Source of the DNA: an uncultured Chloroflexia bacterium
GTDB taxonomy: Bacteria > Chloroflexota > Limnocylindria > QHBO01
NCBI GenBank assembly: GCA_963814375.1
Contig: CAWFCQ010000001.1
Span: 1 to 64,000, forward strand
Direction: 5' to 3'
DNA length: 64,000 nt
The translations under genes and the position numbers were made by a program. Numbering within the stretch: the first letter of the stretch is position 1; the number at the start of each line of letters is the position of its first letter. Below are positions 58,394 to 64,000 of the stretch, one piece after another. Under the pieces are notes generated by a model. It did no database searches. It was given only the letters and a program-made list of their open reading frames with translations, and was not told the origin of the DNA.

Positions 58394-59868
58394 CTAGAGG
58401 CCGGGTCGGAGCAGCGCCTGGCCGGTCAGCAGGACCCCGCTGGCCAGGATCACCACCGCCGTTCCCCACGGCAGGATCGCGCCGAACGTCGACAGCCGAG
58501 GTGCGCGGACCATCAGCCGGCCGATACGGTCGCGTCCGTGCACGAGCGCCAGGCCGATGCCCGCCAGGACGCCGGCCATCCCGGCGCCGAAGGCGAGGGC
58601 CAGCGCGAGCCCATAGGCCGGCTGCCCGGCAGCGATCGCGCCGAGCAGCAGCACCAGCGCGGAGGTCGACGGGATCATTCCGCCGGCGACGCCGATGGCG
58701 GCGAGCCCGCGCCACCCGGGCATCCCGCGATCCTGGTGGGGGTGCGAATGGTCGTGGTCATGTCCGTGGGCGTGCGGATGACCGTGCGCATGCGCCTCAT
58801 CGTGCGCGCGCACGGTGAGCCATCGCTGAACGCATCGGGCGAGCATGACGCCACCCACGACGATCACCGTCAGGCCCGCGATCGCCGAGAGGACCGGATA
58901 GAGGCGCTCCGGTGGAATCACGCCGCCGGCGAAGAGGACGACCCCGGCCAGCGCGAGCACCCCGATGGTGTGCGACGCCGTGATGACGCCCCCGAGCATC
59001 ACCGCGTCCCGCCGGCGACCGCGGGTGCCGATGAGATAGGCCGCCATGATCGTCTTGCCGTGGCCCGGGCTGAGCGCATGGCCCGCTCCGGCCGCCGCAG
59101 CCAGCACGATGCCGAGTGCGGCGAGCGCCGGCGTCAGGTTGGTGAGATCGGTCCCGCCGGCGACCGCCGGAGTGCCGATCGGTTCCGCCGAGCGGGTTCC
59201 GCCGACGGCGGTCGCGTCGATCGGCGCGTTCTCGGCGAGTGCGGGTCCACCGGGCCTGACCACCACCGACACGGAACGCTCGTCGAGCGGCCGGGCCAGC
59301 AGATCCTCGGGGTAGGCGGTCAGACGGTTGGCAATGTCGACGCCGGCCTCCGGGTCGTCGATCGTGACACCGTCGCCGCGCACCACGACCTCGCGCCACC
59401 CGATCCGCTCGAGGGACGAGCTGTCCGAGAAGGTGACCACCGAACCGGCACGCAGGGGTGTCGACAGCGGGGCGGTCAGCTCGCACACCAGGCGCAACGT
59501 GTCGAGGCCGCCGCTTCCCGGGCGCAGATGGAGCCCCGCCGCGGTGAGCCCCAGCCGAAGCGGTGCATCGTCGATCGCTGAGCCGCCAGGTCCGGGATCA
59601 GGGCTTCGCAGCGCGTTTCCCTCGACGCCTCAAGCTCGTCGCCGGAAACGCGGCCGTCCCCATCGGTGTCGAGCAGGGCGATCTCGGTCAGCGTGGGAAT
59701 CTCTGCCATGTCGATGACGACGTCCAGGTCGACAGCGCCGGGCCGTACGACCAGGGCCGCGTAGTGATTGATCGAGAAGTTCCCGAGCGGATGAGCCGAT
59801 GCCGTCGCCGGCAGGACCACGAGAAGCGCAACCGCCGCAGCGACGGCCACGCGAACTCGGCGCTTCAC
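58394..59868 (-). CDS. Ni/Co transporter-like (NicO/RcnA) protein with N-terminal extracytoplasmic domain, frameshifts near 59520-59580
   Basis: Signal peptide + AHPLGNFSINHY, GWREVV, HALSPGHGKT, SHTIG, His-rich HDEAHAHGHPHAHGHDHDHSHPH, GGMIPS. Confidence 0.8.
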
Positions 59869-61246
59869 GGCCGTGCCTCCAGCTCGGCGAGCGCCTCAGC
59901 GGCGCGCACCGATTGAAGGGGATCGAAGCCCGGATTGCGCTCGAGCGCGCTCCGCAGCAGGTCCCGCGCCTCCTCGTCGCGGCCGAGCGCGGCGGCGATC
60001 ATGCCGGCGTGATAGTCGAGCAGCGCATCCTCGGTGCCATGGGAGCGAGCGATGCGCATCGCGGCGTCCGCTTCCTGCGGCATGCCATTGGCGAGGAGCG
60101 CCCAGGCGAGCGTGTCGTGCGCATAGGCGTCGTGTCGCGATTGCAGGTCCCGGCGGGCGAGCCCGACGGCGCGATCCGGATCCACTCCGTGATCCGCCAG
60201 GTACTTCGCGAGCTGCCGATCAGGCGCAAGGCCACCGACCGCCAGCGCCATCGCGCGCTGCTCCTCGGCCTCGGTCGTGTCGCCGGTCAGCTCGAGAAGG
60301 TCGCCGAGCGCCGCGAGCGTCTCCGGCCTGGGCACGATGGCGATGGCTCGCTCATAGAGCGGGATGGCGCCCGCTGAGGTCGCCCGCGGCGGCGGTGGCA
60401 CGCGCGAGGCCGACGAGCCCGGCGGCCGAGCCCGGCCAGGCCTCGAGCGCCGATGCGTAGGCGTCCGACGAGCCGGCCACGTCACCCGCCTGGAACGCCA
60501 GCGCCCCGGATAGCGTGTGGTACCAGGCCAGCGTCTCGGATGCCGTATCCGGATCCGCGGTTTGCGGCGGCCAGGGCCGCGTCGGCGAGCCGGCGCGCGC
60601 CTGCGAGGTCGCCGGTGGCCGCCGCGAGCCGAGCGAGCCGCGCCTGGACCGCCGGACCGGCGGCGGCATCGGCGAGGGCGTCGTACGCGCGCCTCGCGGC
60701 GTCGTACTCACCCAGCTCCAGGGTGGCGTCGCCCAGGGCGGCGAGGGCCAAAGGAGCGCCGGGCTGGCCGGCGAGGACGGCCTCGGCGTCGGTGACCGCG
60801 GCGGCGAAGTCATGGTTGGCGAGGTGCGCATGAGCGCGGAGCAGGCGCGCGGCCGGCAGGTCCGGCGCGGCGACCAGCGCGGCGTCGGCGGCGGCGAGCG
60901 CCCGCGCGACATCGGCCGGGTCGGAAGTCAGGCGCGTTCGTGCCAGGTACAGCTCGCCGAGCTGGACGGCCGCGATGAAGTCGCCGTCGTCGCGCGCGAG
61001 GTTGCCGCTCCATGTCGCGATGGCGGTGTCGATCCTGGCGAGCGACCCGTCGGCCGGCCCAGGGGCGTCCGCCGGGAGGCTGACCTCGACTGGGGCCGGT
61101 GGAACCGCCGTCTCCTCGGGCGGTCGGGCGATCGAGGTTGCCAGGTAGCTGACGCCGACGATCAGCGCTGCGGCCGCGACGATCAGCCATGGGCGGGGTC
61201 GCCGGATCGGGCGCCGGGGTCGTGGTCGGGAGATGGTGGTGTGCAT
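59865..61246 (-). CDS. Membrane-anchored TPR protein, frameshifts near 60375 and 60560
   Basis: N-terminal TM helix; LGDATLELGEY, DTLAWAL, YHAGMIAAALG, ALERNPGF. Confidence 0.75.
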
Positions 61247-61264
61247 CGGTCTGCTGGTTCGACC

Positions 61265-61291
61265 CCGGAGCGGCCGTGGCGGCCGCTCCGG
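61265..61291 (-). other. Intercistronic stem-loop after the DUF4331 gene
   Basis: CCGGAGCGGCCG-N3-CGGCCGCTCCGG perfect 12-bp stem. Confidence 0.6.
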
Positions 61292-61301
61292 AATCGGTCC
61301 G

Positions 61302-62402
61302 TCAGTGGGCCGGGCCCAGGTACGGGAAGCCCGAGAGCAGGTCCCCGTGGGCTCCGACGCCGTCGGAGGCGACCGCGCCATTGGTCGTGAGCGACAGCTC
61401 GAGGTCGATCACGTCGTCGTCGAGGTCGCGCCCGTTGAGGAAGCTCGCGTCCGTCCCCACCTTGTAGGTGAGCACGTCCGGCAGCAGGATGTCGGCGATG
61501 CCGGCCGCCTGCTCAGCCGTGTACGGGCTTCCGAGCGCGGTCGAGAGGCCGACCAGCGTGTTGATCACGTTGGTGCGGAACTTCCCGCCCATCGCCGTTC
61601 GCTGCAGCCTGGGTGGGGTGGCGTTGAAGGCGTCCTTGTCCGCGCCGGTGGCGTTGAAGACGGTGTTGATCGCCGGCCGGCCCATCCGGTCGGCCACCAT
61701 CCCGTTCTTGCCGGTTGCGCCCCACACGCCGATGTCGGTGCCGTTGCCGCCAAGCGCGCTGTTCGGCACCTCGAGGACGATGGCCAGGGTGTTGAGGCCG
61801 GCGAAGAAGTCGGTCGGCGTGACGCCGAGCCGATCAGTCCCCTGGCCGCGAACCGAGCCGAGGAAGCCGATCAGGTCGAAGAAGAAGGGATCCGACCGCG
61901 TGCCCGCGAAGGCGCGCACTCCCTGGCGGCTCTGGGACTTGCCCTTCGCATCGTCGGTGAAGCCCGATGCGACCGCCTGGACGCCGTTGCGCTTGACGGT
62001 GTAGTGCTGGATCCCGCGCGCATCCGGGTCACCGAAGGTCACGCTGTACCAGAGGTCGCGGCGCGCATCACCGGTCTTGTCGACGTTGATCCGGTATCGC
62101 GCGTCGGGATCGAAGGTGGTCGGTCCGAGGACGTTGACGGCCGGGTTGACGGTCATCGCCAGCACGGTTCGCCCGCCCGCCGCATCGAAGACGTAGACGT
62201 CGTTGATGTCGAGCTGACCGCGCACCTTGTTGACGCTGAGGTTGTCCATCGCGTCGACCGATGCGCTGCCCAGGCTGGGGGCGTCGAGGTGGTCGGCGCC
62301 GGAGGTGAGGAGCGGCGAGATCCCGAGTGTCAGGATCAGCGCCGCGATGGCGATTGCGACGCCCGCGCGTGCCGCGGGGCGCGCAGAGATACGGGTGGCC
62401 AT
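61302..62402 (-). CDS. Secreted DUF4331 family protein
   Basis: AAGGAGG RBS; signal peptide then ADHLDAP, DINDVYVF, RSDPFFFD, DRMGRPAINT, NGR.L.DDVID, FPYL. Confidence 0.82.
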   Translation of the reverse strand: MATRISARPAARAGVAIAIAALILTLGISPLLTSGADHLDAPSLGSASVDAMDNLSVNKVRGQLDINDVYVFDAAGGRTVLAMTVNPAVNVLGPTTFDPDARYRINVDKTGDARRDLWYSVTFGDPDARGIQHYTVKRNGVQAVASGFTDDAKGKSQSRQGVRAFAGTRSDPFFFDLIGFLGSVRGQGTDRLGVTPTDFFAGLNTLAIVLEVPNSALGGNGTDIGVWGATGKNGMVADRMGRPAINTVFNATGADKDAFNATPPRLQRTAMGGKFRTNVINTLVGLSTALGSPYTAEQAAGIADILLPDVLTYKVGTDASFLNGRDLDDDVIDLELSLTTNGAVASDGVGAHGDLLSGFPYLGPAH

Positions 62403-62622
62403 GGGTGGCCTCCTTGAGGATGCTCCCCGAGACTTGTGCCGCAGGCGGTCCGCTCGGGGGCGCGTTGCCGGACCACCTGCTCCCCCCGCAGATCGGTGGC
62501 GACGGTTGTGTCGGTGCCGATCGCCAGTGGTACGGGAGCGGCCCGGACCTGTATCAGCGCTCGGCGCGCGCACGGTGGAGCTCGCCTCGGCGCTCGTTGA
62601 TCGGAGGGGCTACCATCGGCCC

Positions 62623-63090
62623 ATGACGCACGGTGCTTCCTCCACCGACGCGCGGGTTCTCGCCGGGGAGGCGGAGGCATGGCATCGCCTCCACGCCGCC
62701 ATCGACCGCATCACCCCCGAGATCGCCGAGCAGCCCGGCTACTTCGAGGAGGGCTGGACGGCCAAGGATGCGGTGGCGCACCTCGGGACGTGGATGGCAC
62801 GCGGCGCCACGATGCTGCGGCAGATCGCGGCGGGGACCTACCGCGAGGGCGAGATCGACGTCGATGCCGAGAACGCCAGATTCCTGGAGGCGATGCGCGA
62901 CGTGCCGCTCGAGACCGTGCATCTCCAGGCTGCTGCCGCCCATGGCGAGCTGCTCAGCGCGTGGACGCAGCTGCCCGAGGTGACGCCCGAGGCCGCCTAC
63001 TGGGTCAACAAGGCCGGACCGGAGCACTACGCCGAGCACCTGCCGCGCCTCGAGGCGTGGCTCGCGGAGCTGGCATCCCGCCCAGCCTGA
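62623..63090 (+). CDS. DinB/MDMPI-N-like four-helix protein
   Basis: GWTAKDAVAHL, EHYAEH; TACCAT six nt before the ATG. Confidence 0.78.
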   Translation: MTHGASSTDARVLAGEAEAWHRLHAAIDRITPEIAEQPGYFEEGWTAKDAVAHLGTWMARGATMLRQIAAGTYREGEIDVDAENARFLEAMRDVPLETVHLQAAAAHGELLSAWTQLPEVTPEAAYWVNKAGPEHYAEHLPRLEAWLAELASRPA

Positions 63091-63237
63091 GTCTCCCGGA
63101 GAGCAGATCATGGCCCGCGCGGCCCGGCTCGCGCTCGCCCCTGGGGCTGGCGATCCCGGCGCCGGCCTCTGTGTTGAAACTTCGGCGGTTCCCGACGGCT
63201 CGTAACTGGATGGGGATCCGATCGTGAGGTAGCTTCG

Positions 63238-63996
63238 ATGAGCAGTCGATCCGCATCCATGTTGATCGCGCTATGCCTGGTGGCATGCACCGCACCGAGC
63301 GGGACGGCGTCGCCGACCGATTCGACGGGTGCCGCCGCCATTCCTGCCGCGGTCGCGAGCGGCGTGCCGTATACGCCGGCGATCGAGCCCGCGCAGTTCG
63401 TTGCGACGGTCGACAATCCCTACTTTCCGCTGGCTCCGGGGACACGGTGGGTGTACGAGGGACTCGGCGATGTCGAGGGAGAGGTCGACACGGTGGAGGT
63501 CCTGACCGCTACTCGTACGGTGATGGGAGTGGAGTGCACCGTCGTGCGCGATGTGGTCTCGCTCGACGGCGAGCCGGTGGAGGTCACCGAGGATTGGTAC
63601 GCACAGGATGCCGCGGGCAACGTCTGGTACTTCGGCGAGGAGACCGCGGAGTACGAGGACGGCGAGATCGTCAGCACGGCGGGCGCCTGGGAGGCAGGCG
63701 TCGATGGTGCGCAGCCGGGGATCATCATGCCGGCGACGCCCGCGATCGGGGTGACGTACCGCCAGGAGTTCTATGCGGGGGAGGCGGAGGATGTGGCGGT
63801 CGCCGTCGAGGTCGATCAATCGGTCGACGTTCCCGCCGGCTCGTTCGACGCGGTGCTCATGACGGAGGATTGGACGCCGTTGGAGCCCGATAGCCGCGAG
63901 CGCAAGTCGTACGCGCCCGGCGTCGGCCTCGTGATGGAGGAGATCATCGAGGGCGGGACCGGCGGGTTCCAGCTCGTCGAGCACACCGGGCCGTAG
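63238..63996 (+). CDS. Conserved hypothetical lipoprotein
   Basis: Lipobox LVAC; DNPYFPL.PG..W.Y, DWYAQD..GNVWYFGE, WEAGVDGA.PG, YAPGVG. Confidence 0.75.
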   Translation: MSSRSASMLIALCLVACTAPSGTASPTDSTGAAAIPAAVASGVPYTPAIEPAQFVATVDNPYFPLAPGTRWVYEGLGDVEGEVDTVEVLTATRTVMGVECTVVRDVVSLDGEPVEVTEDWYAQDAAGNVWYFGEETAEYEDGEIVSTAGAWEAGVDGAQPGIIMPATPAIGVTYRQEFYAGEAEDVAVAVEVDQSVDVPAGSFDAVLMTEDWTPLEPDSRERKSYAPGVGLVMEEIIEGGTGGFQLVEHTGP

Positions 63997-64000
63997 TCCC

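Noticed and set aside
14840-60570. Programmed ribosomal frameshifting or phase variation
   Set aside because: The shifts fall in unrelated genes, without long homopolymers or shared slippery heptamers, and cluster near a visibly noisy region

Overview
High-GC bacterial chromosomal window, densely coding with about 75 genes. The gene repertoire (F420-dependent DDN reductases, large LuxR regulators, MDR/TetR pairs, many leaderless genes) resembles soil Chloroflexota or Actinomycetota; this taxonomy is an inference. No rRNA, tRNA, CRISPR array, transposase or integrase was recognised. Main content: (i) 10.6-25.2 kb, an uncharacterised catabolic locus with a family III CoA-transferase, PTE-like lactonase, Zn dehydrogenase, TRAP transporter, twin IclR regulators, acylating aldehyde dehydrogenase, a ThDP enzyme whose GH loop resembles the ring-opening hydrolases IolD/CDH, a citryl-CoA-lyase-like protein, a cupin and a membrane pyrophosphatase; (ii) 58.4-62.5 kb, a DUF4331 / TPR / Ni-Co transporter-like operon with a structured leader; (iii) small regulator-target modules whose operator palindromes are readable in the sequence (ArsR, NarL, IclR, XRE, two TetR); (iv) a vapBC TA pair, a ~130-nt rod-like RNA candidate, an unannotated Lys-rich 28-aa ORF and an array of short palindromes. 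Many genes, especially at 47-61 kb, carry single-base frameshifts, and there is a garbled duplicate segment at ~49 kb. These are most likely long-read consensus errors rather than real pseudogenes.
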